Below, piece after piece: positions 12,026 to 27,139 of a stretch of 64,000 nt of DNA (positions are counted from its first letter, which is position 1; every line of letters begins with the position of its first letter). Where the stretch lies: assembly GCA_002633005.1 (NCBI GenBank), contig NMRA01000160.1:269640-333639 (forward strand), given 5' to 3'. This stretch comes from Phoronis australis. Its lineage: Eukaryota > Animalia > Phoronida. The notes beneath the pieces are model-generated. The model had not been told where the DNA came from. It ran no database searches and saw only the letters and a program-made list of their open reading frames with translations. The position numbers and the translations under genes are program-made.

Positions 12026-14897
12026 ATTGGAATCACAATAAATTGATAGCAGCTCTCCTTTTAGCCAAACTTGGTGGAAGACTTGACACGCGGTCTGCTT
12101 ATAATTTTAATGGAAACTCATTCAAACTCCCCGATAGTGCAGTAAACAAACAAGACTGTCGTGTCTTCAACCAATTTTGCGTAAATCTGTATTATTATGC
12201 TTGCTTTTTCAGTGATCAATTTATTTTAAAGCCTGCTCAGTGAGTGTTCCACTGAAATAAGCCTTGACCACGGAATTCGTTTGGATCAATTTAGCATATT
12301 TAATTTACTACTAAAGGTAATTTGAAACTTATTAGTTAATTCTTATACACACAAAATTTATAACAAATTTTCAAACCGGAAGTTTTACGATACGAGGAAG
12401 TCACACAATGCAGAGACTGTGTTGCACTAGTTTTCATATCTTTTTCTACCTTTTTATATCTGTTTATTGGCCAAGTGTTGGTACTGTAAATCGGAACGCG
12501 TCTCGGTTATTAAATAAAGCAAGCCAAACTGACCAAAAAGCCTTCAAAAGGTTACGCGCCCTTTAACATACCTACGATATATCCCTATCCAAACTGATCA
12601 AAAAACCTTTAAAGGTTGAAAATCATAAGATGAATGATCTCACCATAGCCTACCTGACAAGATGATGGCCTACTGGAGGCTACCACGCCTCATATCACAG
12701 TTCTACAAAAGATGGCACTGGCGACGTTGATGTTACAGTGACGATTACGACCGCCTTGTCACCTTTGGTAACCTAGCTTTATGACGTCAAATGAACTCAT
12801 ACAGCTAGATAACCAAAGACAAAAGTGATGGGTCAGTGTTCACACTCCGGTCACGTGGAAAAATTGTTGTAGTTATAGATCAATTCCATGAGAATTTTTA
12901 CTTTTCTTTTGTTTTCACTTCTGCCAGTCTGAAGATCCGAAAGTAATTTTTTTGTGCTCCCTTGTAGCCATCATTGTGCATATATCAACGCCTCACTGCA
13001 GGTGGCGCAAATTGTAATAAATCTAGCAGTTAGGCATAGTGCCGAATCCTGCCGTAGAATCACGTAGTCCGGTGCTGTAATCGCGTAAAATTAGAAAACC
13101 TCGCATTAAAAAAGAAATTTCCTGTACGCAAACTATTGTCTATAAAATGCAAAATAGATGACCGATTTGATAAGTTTCTATGCTTAGTATGCGCTCTGCG
13201 TGTAGGCGTATGTAGCAGTGATTTGGTTGTTATTGATTTATTCAACGCCATGTTTTTACAGCATCTTGATTAAAAAGTTTGTTTTCGAAACGCTTACGTT
13301 GAAACTGGATTACAAGCAACTGTACAATACGTTGGTTGAACTTGCACAAACACCAGCCTGTAAATTGACTATGTGATTAAATTCATGCGGGTTCTACACC
13401 GTTCATATGTTAAGCGTATGATGGATGGGTTGGCAATATCAGTCATGATACATCGCTCCGTTGGTTGCTTTTTGTTCTATCCGTATTTTATACATGACCT
13501 CCTGTACTGAACCAGACGGTGTGAGGAAGTTTCCCGCCAACTTCACAGGACGTCATTAAAAAGGCCCATTACTGTGTTATTGTTGACTCTCTCAATGGTT
13601 CACCATGGCTGGTGTTAAGTAGCAGATGAATATATCCGGTTGCGTTTGGTACAACGAATTAACCAAAGCATGAGAAAACATCTGACAAATATTGTCAAGA
13701 TTTTACCATGCTCATTGAGTTAAACGAATGGGTGTTTTGTCCAAATGGATCTGCTCTTAAAACATGTCTGCCGAGAAATTAAGATATTATATCGAGGTGT
13801 TGAATATCAAGCTCATGTTTTACGAGGGAAACTGACAAAAGTTCCACAGCTAACGCAACTGTACACCATGCCTTTCCCACTTGTTGAATAAGAAAACTGT
13901 GGCATTTAAAAATAGCCTCTTTCTCAAACGAATGTTTGATCACGCCAACATGGCCAAATACATGATACGACGGTCGACAAAGTATTCTTCTCTTCAAATC
14001 TGTGAATGTCTTACGTCGAGAGTTAGGAACATATGTCGAACAAAAACAACACGAAACAAGTGTTATAGTTAAAATAAAAAGTTCTTCATTCTATCAATAA
14101 ATTATTGCAGTTTTTAAGGTACACCAAAACGTGCTTACACTGCCAATGATAATCACTGCGTTGTTTATTGACTTAGGACTAGATTAGTATAAATTCATAA
14201 AGAGGTAATCGAAAAGGATTGAAGTTTTTAAACGAAAATTAATGGCACATTGCATATACGTTTACAAATATATGAATTTACAATCACCACTTTCCAAACA
14301 CAGGCGATGACGCGAAGCAGTGGACTCAACCGCATTACCAATCATTGTCTTTCATTTTCGTCGTTCAACTCATCGACTGTTTTAGAAATTCCAGTTGCTT
14401 TGCAAGAAAAAAATTCATTCTCCAAAACAGAGTCGTTTGCCTACAGAGCACGTGACGGCTCACGCACCTGCTTTCACACAAAGTTGCAACCATAAGGTAA
14501 GCCGGGCGCACAGTTTGAAGCACAAAAACTGAAGTTGAGCTCCTAACGTTGCACTGAAGTATGAGTACATTTTTGTAACCCTATAGAAAGTGGAAAAAAA
14601 TACTTATAACTTGATGACTAAGTTGTTTAAAGTTTTACCTTGTTATTTAAATAATTGTGGTTATATCATGTAACCGCTTTTTTCTTACTTTTTGTCATTT
14701 CATTGCTTCCAAAAACACCATATGCGTTGGTTGCAAGACGACCCACGAACAGGACGACTACCGTATGTTCACGTATTTAAACCTATCCGCCTATATCCGA
14801 AATAATGTTTTTCATAGAAAAATACCCGCGTGTTTCCTATATAGGCGCTTGTGCCTAAGCCTGCCTAAGAGTTGCAGGCGGCTACTCCTTGTACATA

Positions 14898-14943
14898 TGT
14901 GTGTGTGCGTGTGCGTGTGCGTGTGCGTGTGCGCGCGCGCGTG
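14898..14943. repeat. Alternating purine-pyrimidine microsatellite (GT)n/(GTGTGC)n/(GC)n
   Basis: tgtgtgtgtgcgtgtgcgtgtgcgtgtgcgtgtgcgcgcgcgcgtgt. Confidence 0.85.
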
Positions 14944-16429
14944 TTTAACTGGTTTTATTTTGAGTATATTTTGTCTGATTTAGTTCTTTTCGTTAAAGAT
15001 AATTTTTCTTTCACATTACAATCTTAGAGCAGAGGATGAGTTCCGTCTGTCGAAAGATATCACTGAAACATAAACATTGCGTAACTTTCAGCCCTGTTTG
15101 TGTTTACCTAATTTTTCTATTAACTTCAAAAAAATTAAAAGGGGCGGGGTTTCCGCGGAAACCACATTATATATGGCGACAATTCATCAATCAGCCAGCC
15201 GTCACTCTCTGCGGCGGCCATTTTAGGTGGTGGATCTCCAAAAATAAAATTAAACTAAAAAATTCATATCAAATTAGTTAAGTTTGAAAATGTTTCAGTA
15301 GAGTTGTGTTGAATGAGCATTATTTGGGCTTAAGTTTTGACTGAACTAACATGCGCTAAATTCCTTTTCATGAAATTTAAAAAAAAAACGAAGAGGAAGG
15401 AGTATCTTTAAAACAGCTAATGAATAATTTCAAAATTTTATTCTCTGGTTTTACTCAAGTGCTTCGTATATAAGCGCAGGTTCACTTACAGGTAATCTGG
15501 GGTTTGTTTCATGAATGTGACTTAAACAGAAGTTTAGCCTTACGCTACACTCAACTGTTTCAGAGAATTAATTAAATCTCGCTTGAGCACAAGTGCGAAG
15601 TCTCTGAGAATAAACTCACAACTGCTGTTACTGAGATAACTTCTATTAACTTTTTGTCTACAGATGCGCTCATAATTACTGTGAAGTGTGAACGTTCGAC
15701 TAAATTTCCGTTTTAAATCCCAAGTCGCTTGTCATGAAACAGACCCATGGTCCTAAATACCCGGATGCAACATTGTCATTTTATAACTAAGTAAAAGGTG
15801 CGTCCAGAAAATGGACAGTTCAACAATTAACCCAACCGCCACCGGTGATGGCCTTTTTATTGACATTTCAGTCACTCCCCCAGGCGTTCCCTGAATCAAT
15901 TGAAAGAAGACGTTGACATGGAAACACAAACAACTATAAATTAGTGCGTGATTAGTAATGAAAAGTACGTGAATTATTGACGATAGTAACTGCAGATAAA
16001 TACAGTAAACTCTGCAGAAGTTAAATATACATGATTTATACATCGCCTAGAAACTAACAATTCATTTACTCATGCGGATTTTATAGAGCAAACCAGTTTT
16101 CTTTCAACATTGGTAGATACTATGCTGAAATATGAGCATCTAATAACTTGGGTAAATAACCTGGCTCAGAAAACAAGAAGTGTCGCTAAAAAATTTGCAA
16201 TGTTCGTCTTCAATATTTCGCATATGCCAAGCGCTTTTTATTCTCGTTGCAATGAATAAAACTTAAATAAGTCAACATAATATATCATTTAAAGCCAGAT
16301 TTTTTTGCAGTCGCTTTAGTAAGCGTAATATAAATTCAATTTATTATTAAGGCAGACAAAGGCTCATCAATTCACTACTTTTCTATTTTCTTTTCCATAC
16401 AAAGTGTTAGTGACAGAGTGATGAAGCAA

Positions 16430-16580
16430 GCGTGCGTTCAGTAACTCTAGGACCTACGCTAGGACCTAGCTAAAATCTAGCCAAAGTTACGTGTTCTCAT
16501 TTAAAATACACGGCAATATCTCACGTAATCTCTCGAAGTCTTACTTTTTAGCGAGGTCCTAGCGTTACTGAACGGGAGGC
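16430..16580. mobile_element. ~150-bp MITE (possibly PIF/Harbinger-like), second copy at about 25370-25519
   Basis: TIRs gcgtgcgttcagtaac(g/t)ctagg / cct(a/g)gcgt(t/a)actgaacg; the two copies align along their length. Confidence 0.6.
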
Positions 16581-19500
16581 TGGTATTGCGTGTCCTTTGT
16601 TTTCTAACCTCTAACAAAGCTGCTGTTGTGACTGCTCTCATCGCATAGTTGACCACCACCTTAAATAAATCTCCTAAATCCACTCATTGTCTTACTTTTA
16701 CTCGGACAAGCTCTTGAGACACGTGGGAGTGAAAGCCTGACAGATAAGCGGGGACTTCTCTTCAAATACAAGTCGAAGGTTTGGTTGCAATCAGTTCTTG
16801 CTTTGAGTTGCAATTCACCTTCTTTGCACTTGGTTTAACATTCTGTACCAAAATGTTCACCTGGAAGAAGTTCTGTATGTCAAAGAATGCGATTCGAAAG
16901 TTCGTTCATTTGTATGGACTATTGCTATAACATGTCATTGGTACACCGCCAGACGAGGCATTACGTATCTAAAACACGGGAAAAGGAAAATTTCTAAGGT
17001 TATTGCACTTTATCATAACCCATGCTCTTTCTCCATACTCACCAAAATCGTTGTTTTTACTCCGTGTTTCGGGTTTGACAACCGATCGAGAGCTTCTTGG
17101 ATCTGAAATAATGACTGACCCAACGCTTACCAAGTCATCTTAGATGTCTCTGCTCTTCCGACTCTAACGGACGCCTCGAAACGGACCCAGCTGTTCTACT
17201 CCCAAACGCCGCTCCCACAAGCTTCCAGGTCGTTGATAGTCACGGGTGACGGGGCAGATCGACTTCGGCTCTTCAATACAACTAGACGTCCCTTTCACGA
17301 AATACAATGCGATTATTTTTACTAGATCCAGTGACACTAGCAATTCGGGACATTTCAAGGCGTGATGCAGACAATCACCTGAGCTTTAAGATTGACACAA
17401 AACAACATAAACCTAACGTGGCTTATGGACAATCAGTCACGCGCACAAATTAGTGGCCTGGAAAAATGTGCTTTTTATGCATGTCGTTGTAAACTTGTTT
17501 TTGGGAAGGGTGTGGAAAGTTTTCCATAACCTGATGAATTTGATCTCATCATTTGACTTAAAAATAATTTTCACATTCTCCAATGGTTTAGAATGATATT
17601 CAAGATTTGAATTTTGTGCTAACTTCGGACGAAGTGACTGAGTTGGAAACAATTAGATGTTCTAAGCAACGTGTATGATTTTTTTCTACTATTTTGCTCG
17701 ATATTAACCATTTATTAATGTTTAGATCAAAAACATTAAGTGTTGTTTAATATTTTTAACGTTTGATTAAAATTTAATGTTACAGGTCTATCATGTCTTC
17801 TTGGCATAAAAAATTAATATCACGTTTTCCCTCCGTATTTATCGATCGGTCGCCTCTGCACTTTTGTACCTAGGTCAATTCAACGAGTATTACACTATAG
17901 GAAATTTCCATGCGATGTGCAAGACAAGAAATAGTTTTTCTGATGATCTTCGAAGTGATTGCCATTTTTGTTGATACAGTGATATGCAGTTATTTCCATT
18001 AGTCATAATTATGTACACCAAGAAATTATGCATTGGCAACTGTGCGGCGCAATTTCAACAAACCTAGTAATGTATACGTAGATCATGCTAATGCAAAAAT
18101 GACGACGTTTTTTTTAATCCATTTTCGAGTATTATCATTTTCAAACTTCCAGAATCAAACTTGAAAATGAAATTATTTTCTTGTAGTTCATTGAAGTGAC
18201 CTCACGCAACGCATCGTGTTCTTGAATTCTATCAACTTATTTAACAAAAAACGTAATCGCGACGACCGTTTCCATGGAAATACACAGACCCATTCTCCCA
18301 ATTTCTGCAAGATGACTGTTCTTAAAGAATGTATAGTTTGTGCTCAACTTACCTGTAACCACAGAGGCTCAGTAGTTATGGCAACATAGCTAGCTATTTA
18401 ATCACATTGGATATCGTTGTAGCGTATGGGTTTCAAAAGATATTTAACTGAAGCTGAAGGCTAATTTTTAACGCCTCGCATACAACTCTGTTCGCTGTTG
18501 GTATGTAGACGTAGCTTAACCTTTTACGTGCTCTTAAAACATTTTTGTGCTGTTGCTTACATTAGGACTAAAGCTCTCATGTCGTTTTTTCACCGCGTGA
18601 CTCTCATCAAAAGTAAAAATACTTACACGCGGGAAAAATATTGTCGTTGACGACGGAAGTTTGCATTTTCACATACCTGTGGAAATAAACTTATCGACAC
18701 AATAGACCAATGAACATATTTTGACGTCACATGGTTTGAGGACATTACACGGTTTACTAGCTGTGTGAAAAACTTATTTTAAACAAATCAAAAGACGTGC
18801 TTACCCTTCTTGAGCCGCACATTAGGGGAGCACATGCGTTCTCATAGTTGATCCGAGGATGTCTGGTCAAAAACAATTTCACTAAGGCCCGTTATCATTT
18901 AACGCCACAAAAGAACTGAGTAAGGCTGCACGCTCAACGCACTTCAATAGTTATTGGATTGATTACTCGCCAGGTAGAGTCGCCAGGCGAGTTCAGACGG
19001 TAGTACGTTATTAAATCGTCTTCGCAATCTCTAGAAATTCGCTCAATTAAACTCGCTACTTTTTCATACAAATAGTTTTAGGAAAACGATAAGAAAACGT
19101 GACTAAAAGCTCCACCACACGAGGAAATAAAAACTCCTTCTGTGTCTGCGCTCTTGCCAGTGACGTGGTTTGCTAGACGACTGAAATTATGGATGGATAA
19201 ATTGGTAATTTAAAAATGATACGTTAGGCGAGGTCACCGTGGGTCATAATCACTTTCGTATATTTTCAAGCATAACCATACGTTCTAGTGAAAGGCTTTT
19301 AATGCGGGAACGACTGGAAACTCATTTAAAAATATACGCGCGTTTCGCTTACCTCAGTTAAAAGACCGGGTGAAATTTAAGAAAGGGCAGTGTTTGACAA
19401 TTGGTTGGAAAACAGGTTCTGTCAGTTTGTGCTACGTCAGAAGAAAGGAAATGACACTGTGTTTTGATGAATGCATGTTTAAACGTGGATGTACTTGTTT

Positions 19501-21124
19501 TTTATCTAAATTTGTTCAATGTTTCGAACGACAGTGTTAAAGTTCCTTATATCATATCTGAAGTCATGGTTATGAAGTACACGTACAATTATCGCCGAAT
19601 TTCCAGTTCTAGGTTTTCATGTGAACGTTTATGTATAGCGCTTTAAATCAAAGAAAGATAATTTTCATTGGCACACATGTAGTTCGGATCATCACTGCCT
19701 GTAGGCCCCGAATCTTGCCGCCCCCCTAGCTTGCTCTGATTTTCCCCGTCCCCCTCTATTTCAGTCGCCGTCAATTCTGCGCTGTCCAACCGGACCTCGC
19801 TAGATTCGTGCCATCACCGATGTTACACCGCCTCGACTGCCGTCATCACTAAGTTTGTGTAGGCCCCTATCGGACCGATCCACCGGCGAATGCCAGAATT
19901 ATAAGAAATTTGTACAGCGTCGAGAGACAACTAGTTGCATGGAGATCCAACGGAAAATATAATTTACGCCGTGCAATGTGTCTGATCGTAGTGGATCAGC
20001 TCGGTAGCTAGTGAGATAAAATCGTTGAAAGCTGACGCCGAGAATAAGGCCCGTGTCGCCTCGCTGCTCGAACACCCAAATTCCTGCAGTCAAGTATTGC
20101 AAAGTGCAGGTGCGAAACTGGTGAGTGGTTTACATTCGGCTGCTCACACGCCAATTTCGTCCCACTGGTCAGCCGGAACTTTAACCTCCATCAAAATTCA
20201 CCGATACATTAATTTCTTAAATTCTTTTGACAAAACACTAATTTGTAAACTCTTCTCGCCACTGATGAACAGGTATGCCTAAAATGCCCCTACCGGCGAG
20301 CCTGTGAGCCTGATATCCCTCTCACAAGGGGGTTGTGTAACCTCCCCATAAATGTTTCAGGGATTAGACGTGTAACCTAAGTTCTGACTCATCTGCGGGC
20401 TAAAATATTGGTTATTTTATGAGTGTAATAGCATCGAGGGTATTGCTTTTGTTTGTTTCCCTCACGACCTTTTTACGGATAATGAAAACCGATGCGTGGG
20501 CATCACAAAGTATAGATTTATAGGAGACGAGTCATCTAGGCTAAACGAAGACTCAACGAAATATCACTGACGTAGACTATAGCGTGCTCAACAAGCATGC
20601 ATTTCATATTGGATAGATAGTAACAGGCCACTCGTATCTTGGAAAAACTAAACTTCCAGTTGCATAAAAGTTATGCGCCTTTTGGCAAGAGTGACGTCGC
20701 ATTATCACGCGTCACGTTGTTATTGTTGAACAATGCACCTGACGCGCAACAATCAAACACATCCAGCGGATAACTTTTGAAGCTTTATGCAACTCAGCCC
20801 ATTGCTTCTAAAATAAAGCGATCTTTATATATTGTATATCTATATCTAGTGGGAATGGGTGACCGATATCTCACAATCATTGTGTCTATGGCGTCTAACG
20901 TTCAAATCTGGAAAAGGCCAATAGCCAACACGTTTGCCGTTACTAGTGTAGTCAGTTAAGAAAAACCGGTTTACCTTTCGAAAACAGCGTCAAAGTTTGA
21001 CGACTAATGAAAATTATTTCAATGCTCTTTTTAAAAGCCCGTGAGACACGTGACCTGACCCCTAGTATGACCAGCATCTTGGATTTAAATATGAATCCTC
21101 GCTATCAGCGTATATTGTACGAGA

Positions 21125-21423
21125 CGTATGGCTAAAGCCGGAGTCGTGGTCGTCTTCGGTGACGGCATCGTTGCTAACGACGGTGTAGTCGGCAGTGGCA
21201 TCGTTGACGTCGTCGCTGTCATTGGCATAGAAATCATCACCGTCAGTGTCAACTTCCTTTGTCTAGGCCAAGACGTTGTCATCTGCGTCACTGGCAGTGA
21301 TAATGTAGACGGTGAGCGTTGTCGATAATGGCGCTGTGATTGGCTGCGGAGTCATTTTCCACGCTTTTGGTGTCGTTGGTTTCGAGGGTTGTCATCGGTT
21401 TCGTCGTTGGAGTCACTGACATC
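21125..21423 (-). pseudogene. Degenerate Thr/Pro-rich (mucin-like) coding remnant
   Basis: Minus strand is rich in ACG/CCG/ATG triplets (MSVTPTTKPMTT...MPMTATTSTMPLPTTPSLATMPSPKTTTTP), but at least two frame switches are needed. Confidence 0.35.
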
Positions 21424-22133
21424 CGTTTCGCTGAGAGTGTCACTCCTCAGAGCTCTTTGATTTTATTTCCCCCGCAGCCATTATCTATTTAGACGCCGAA
21501 TAGCATAAAATCCACTTCTCAAAAAGGAACTATGCACCTAAAATTTTGTGTTAATGTATGACACTATAGTGGACTTCATGTTCGATTTTTAGGCTACGTC
21601 GTTTGTCCGACATTTTTACGATTTCCCCAATCTAAAGAACATAGGAGCTGCTTCTCCTTCTGATACGCCTACGCTTCAGTCAGCATAATTTTTTCTACCT
21701 TACGTCTTAGTCGGCGTTCAGGGCACTGAAGGCAGACCTCAACTGTCCATGGTCGACCCTTCAACTGCCGAATAATGTACTTCAAGTGATGGTGATTCCC
21801 AGGCCAGTGGCATGAGTACTTAGCGCTACTTTTCAGAGAGTCGTTAAAAGGTCAAACTGATCTAGTGTAATCTTTTGTTGATGAAACTTCCGCTACCCTC
21901 TTATATGGCACTATGAGATGATGAGCGATAACTGGAATTTCGGGTGTGGGCAGCATCAGTACACATGTCTTGGTTTGGACGCTTGTCGTTTGTAGTATGG
22001 GAATCAGCTGGAAAAACATGTGAATCGTTTTGTTGTTTTTTTTTGACACGGGGTTATCTTGCGAACTTGCCGGGAATATATCAGTTTAGTTTGTTACTTG
22101 GCGGAATTCTTTGAATTCCGTCAAGTATGTTGA

Positions 22134-22822
22134 TCTGACAGCAAGTTTTTTTTTGTTTGTTCGCACTCTACAGGGCGCAATTTTGGTCCAATTTTCACGA
22201 AATTTTCACACAAAGTGTAGATCAGAAATTCCTAGAAGTCTTTTGTTTTTGGTCATGATCGGATACAAAATGGCGGACGTGGCGGCCATTTTGTATCCGA
22301 TTTCACAGTCAAATGCTCGTAGAGGCCTCATTTTTCGACGTACATGGCTGAAAATCAGTACGAATTTACTAGAACGCACGTGCTACAACTGTGCAGAAAA
22401 TCATTGACTTCCGGTTAAAGATGGCGCAAATATTGGACGTGGCGCATGCGCACCCCGAAATATGGCTAAAAACTTTTTCTCCTGTAGGGGGCGCATTTGC
22501 AAACCAATCACTTTCAAACTGGTCACGTGTTTGTTCAGTTTAATAAGCTTTTATAAAAAATTATTGAACCGGAAGTCACTTTTAAGATGGCAGCTGTGGC
22601 GCATGTTCACACGGTTTCAATCGCTCTGGTGTCGCATTTTTCACGGGAAGAGTAAATGACGTGAATTTTTGCATGTGGATTCCTTGAAGTATGGCCTTTC
22701 AAAAAGTCTGCGAGAGCATATTTTTTTTATTGTCGCAGCAACTACAAACCGCAAAAAGGCGTTTCTCAATAGATGGAGCAGTACACTGATGCCTTTCTTA
22801 ACATTGAAGAAGTATAGTCTAG
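22134..22822 (+). mobile_element. Non-autonomous Helitron-like element
   Basis: A|TC 5' end; 3' hairpin ttctt-aacattg-aagaa followed by CTAG|T; gtttgtt tract near the 5' end; internal 17-bp-stem palindrome at 22258-22301. Confidence 0.55.
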
Positions 22823-25800
22823 TGAATAATGGAAATGAAGTACTAATTTACAAACAACCCCTGGTCCTACAGTGTGTCGGAAACCATCCGAGAGCCAGTT
22901 ACCATTAAAATCTCGCGAAAGTCTCTTTTTGCGAGACAATTTTTATGTAAATGAGTATGGTAATATTTCATCATGGCGGGCGTAGACCCGATGCCGGCCA
23001 AAAAGACTTGACAAAAAAGTCATACATATTTGGAATCTCACGTCTTTCGTGCATGGCGGCAACTCAGATTGCGACTGCAGCTGCAAACAGACAATGAACT
23101 GGCGTTATATTTGCACGCACTTCTCGTCCATATTTCTTAGAACGACACGGGAGTCCGCCTGTACTTGTACACACAGTTCTCCGGGAAGTCACTGGGTGGC
23201 ACAAATTTAAATATTTACGGTTTTCATGAGACATAGCATCTTTAACAACCGGAGTAATTGAATGTTATTTTCCAACCAGTCTCAGTGTCCGAATGTTATT
23301 TCGCTCTTTAACGCGTGATAAGCTATGTTACATGATCAATCCACAGCGCCATTCTTCGAAACAACAACAGCTGCCCACTCAAACAGGCTGGGCAGGTGGC
23401 GCGGCACGCAACAACAAGTCACGTGTCGAGGGATTGTTATATAATTCCCGAACACTGGGCTGAGATTCCGGGGGTGTTGTATAACCACTTTTTATTCGAA
23501 AAATTATGAAACAAGTATGAAAACAAACGGCAAAATCTTCACACTTTGCTCTGAAGCCATGGCGTCATAGTGCAGACAATGCAACAGCTTGTGGATACTA
23601 GAAAAACTGATTAATATAAGCTTTTTGGTTAAGTCGCCGATAATTTGTCAGGTATCATTAGCGCTTATCATTAGCTTATTTAAACGATTGAATGTCATGG
23701 CATATGGTTCAAACAAGTGGTTAAAAGTTCTGTCTGCTTCTAACCATGACAAGATTTTTTGCTTATAAGGCGGTAGTGTGGAAATTAAAATTCCCACACT
23801 ACCGCCCGAGGAAAGTTTACATGTATTTGAAAAAATCACACCACGGCCGAGCTCCCTGCTGAAATGCGCCGTTAAATTTTGGATCGGCGTCTTTAACGAA
23901 TCATTGTCAGCATAATAACAAAAACGATTTGATACTCTCTGAAAGTCTAACATTCACAAACATAGACCTCATGTCTGTGTTTTGTCTCCTGCACAGACCC
24001 ACTAGATTGGCTCTGCGGGGTCTGCCACAGCGCACTATTCCATCTGCCTTCTTGGAATTTCATTGGCCGTTCCGATTTCACGAAACAAGGCATTCTATAG
24101 GTCAGTTGTACCAACATGGCGACTTCCAAGAAAGGAATGTCAGTGACTTTACAGCTGTTTAAATCGGCGTCCTGTTTTCATCAAACTGCGTTATTTCAAA
24201 GCTAACGAGTCAAGGAATACATCACCAGTAACATACATGGAATATTTTATGTTAATTAGGTTGTATACTATGCTGGATTTTGACGTGTTATGAATTTTGT
24301 CGAAATATTTTTGCGAAAAATATTAGTAGGCCACCCACAGTCACTTATTTTAAGCACATAGGCCACTGAATAGTAGGATAGGCGTATCCAAGTGAGTCAC
24401 GGCGACGGAAGTTTGTTTCGATCTTTTCAGAACACATAAGTTATGTACACGTATACATGTACGTCATTGGACGCTCCTGTAAATAGAAGGTTGAACTGTA
24501 GTGGGCCAGAGGAGGATATATGTTGAAAGTTAGCTGCATGAGGACTGTCGTCAAAACAGAGCTAGGTACCACTGTGTGTTGAGCTCAGTTAGACCCAAAA
24601 ATTAATTGCATCACAACATAAACATCTCGCTTACGATTTCCCCGACCTCGGTAAACATGCGTACGTCAACTTCCTGATTCTCTCTGGTACCCTGCGTGGA
24701 TCTAGGTGGTAGCCAGCACTCAGGTATCTTTTATGTTCCTCGGAAAGTTTTGATGTTGATTGGCTGGTCGAATTCTCAACAGCCAGCGCTTTACGCAAAT
24801 AAACTGGCCTGACTGATGGACGAAGTGTAAATGTGGTCTGTTGTACAGACAAGTCGGTGCTTAAAATTTATGTTCAGGACCGTGAATCCCAGAAATTGTG
24901 GTTGCGCCTTTTCGAAGTGCATCTTTCTACTGTCGATGACTTTTTTACGATACTGTCCTGTATTTATACAGTATGAATAACACACCGGTTAAATCGGTCA
25001 GATATGCCAGTGTTTATTGCCAGTGTACGTGTATGTGCCTCAAGTACGCGGCTATTGCAGAAATGAAATAGTTGCTGCTACGTCACTTGCATGACAAGGC
25101 TAAAAATCATTCATAGTCCGCCATTTTTCACGTTGCTGTAAAGCTAACCAATGACTGCCGAGGTTACATCAACCAATTCTAAAGCGCGTGCTACTGCGTG
25201 GTAGGCCTACCTGCGTGCTGGCTAGGCACGTAGGGAACCAGTGATCTTCCTGGTTAAAAACTGCCAGCTGACAGCCAATGAAAACCGCCGTACGGTGGTA
25301 GTGGGCGGTGTACCGTGGGCTTTACACCACTATCCGTGACGTCAGAGTGTGAACCCTAGCTGGGAAACAGGCGTGCGTTCAGTAACGCTAGGTCCTACGC
25401 TAGGATCTAGCTAAAATCTAGTCAAAGTCGCGTGCTTTCATTTGAAATACACGGTAATATCTTTGGTAATCTCGCGAAGTCATGCCTTTTTGCGTGGTCC
25501 TGGCGTAACTGAACGAGGCAGGTCCATTTGTGTTTATCTTCACAACAACGAGTCACACGTGAGTAGCGCTTCCTGTTAGCGGTAAAGCCCTTGGTCGAGT
25601 GGGTGCCCTTTTCCTCGTAGCAAAGGGAAAGAGTGAAGACAGTGTAGGAATTTGGATATGTCGAACCGCATCGACAAGTTCATTTTACCTGCATTCAAAA
25701 TGATTTTTTATTGCTGTACTACATAAGGACTAAATCCTATTATTAAATAGAGGTAGGTGATCAAATTTCAGTTTACAACATCACAATTCAAGTTCTTTCG

Positions 25801-27139
25801 TATCGGTTGCACAGATCTTACAGTCCGGCATGTTTTGATTCATGTATGGGTGTCGAAGCGATTTGTTTTGTTTATTTAATGCGACTAGTTAGCGTTCCTA
25901 ATTAATCACCATCATGGCAAAATCAGGAACGGAACGGGGTTCGCGATTGCTTTATAGTTCATCGCCTGATTTACTATAATTTGAAATTTGTGACTTCGGT
26001 TCGAGCTAATTAGCGCTGGGAGATTAAAATAACATTGCGGTATTCAGAAATAACTTAAATGATATATTAAGCAAATATGGACCGATCCCGAAGTTTACCT
26101 CAGGTCACATTGACCAAGCTTTCCTGAGATACAGTCGAGCGATCGGCACACCACCACTGATTCTTCTTTCTCCGACCTTTTACCTCTTATTATCTCAACT
26201 TGTTCTCAACTGCTTTAATGTATTGCCATCGCTTGCTCGCTTCTTGGTCAGACTTTATGTGCCCTGTTGCATGACACAGTAACAAATAGGGACTCAATTG
26301 CGTTCCCTAAGTGTTCAGCTTATATGTGTCGTTCTTATTCACAAAAGTTATGCTAAGCTATCATTTTATCTTTTTTATGATCTCTTTGACCAATGCCATT
26401 TTTTGCTAACATGTCTCAGAATTGGGCTCATTTTTCAATGAAAATAAATAGGGACTTAGTCCTTAAATTAGGGCTTTGCATGAAATGGTTATCTTCAATA
26501 GTATTGAGAATTCAACGTAGAGTTTACTCGATAATGAAAACAAAAAACCTTAAGAAAGGACAATTGTTATTTCTATGGGTTCATAAATGTGGTGAAAAGT
26601 TAAGTGATATTGTTAAGTTCCTATTTAGAACTGTTTCATGTAACAGGCCGATGGTTACTGATTGGCCATATTGCAACATAAGTGACATACGGGCGGCATA
26701 AATGAAAAATGAGATTCCATGATCTGGCCGGTCAATACGCTATATCGAAAGTTATCGTACTACGTTTTTACCTGTCAGAGGACATCAGTATCATTGGAAG
26801 GAAATAATATCCGGCTGTGTCGTCTGATTCACATTCCTTCAGTAATACTTCAAAGTTTTATGACTGCGAGCAGCCAATAGGCCAGGCCCAAGATAGAAAT
26901 CTCCTTTGTCTTGGAGGTAGGAAATGCGTTGTTACTATGACCTTGTTTTTAGATATATCGGGCTCATTCTAGGAATCATTTCAGGAAATACCACATCCAA
27001 GGATATTTTTCAAGAATATACGACTTTTAGCCGTCGGAGTCAGTGCATCCCACAGCACAGCAGTAACGTTTCGCAGACATAGACCTAACTCACGCCTACG
27101 GGAGGCGCGTTCCAAAACGAGGCTCACTACGATAGCTCT

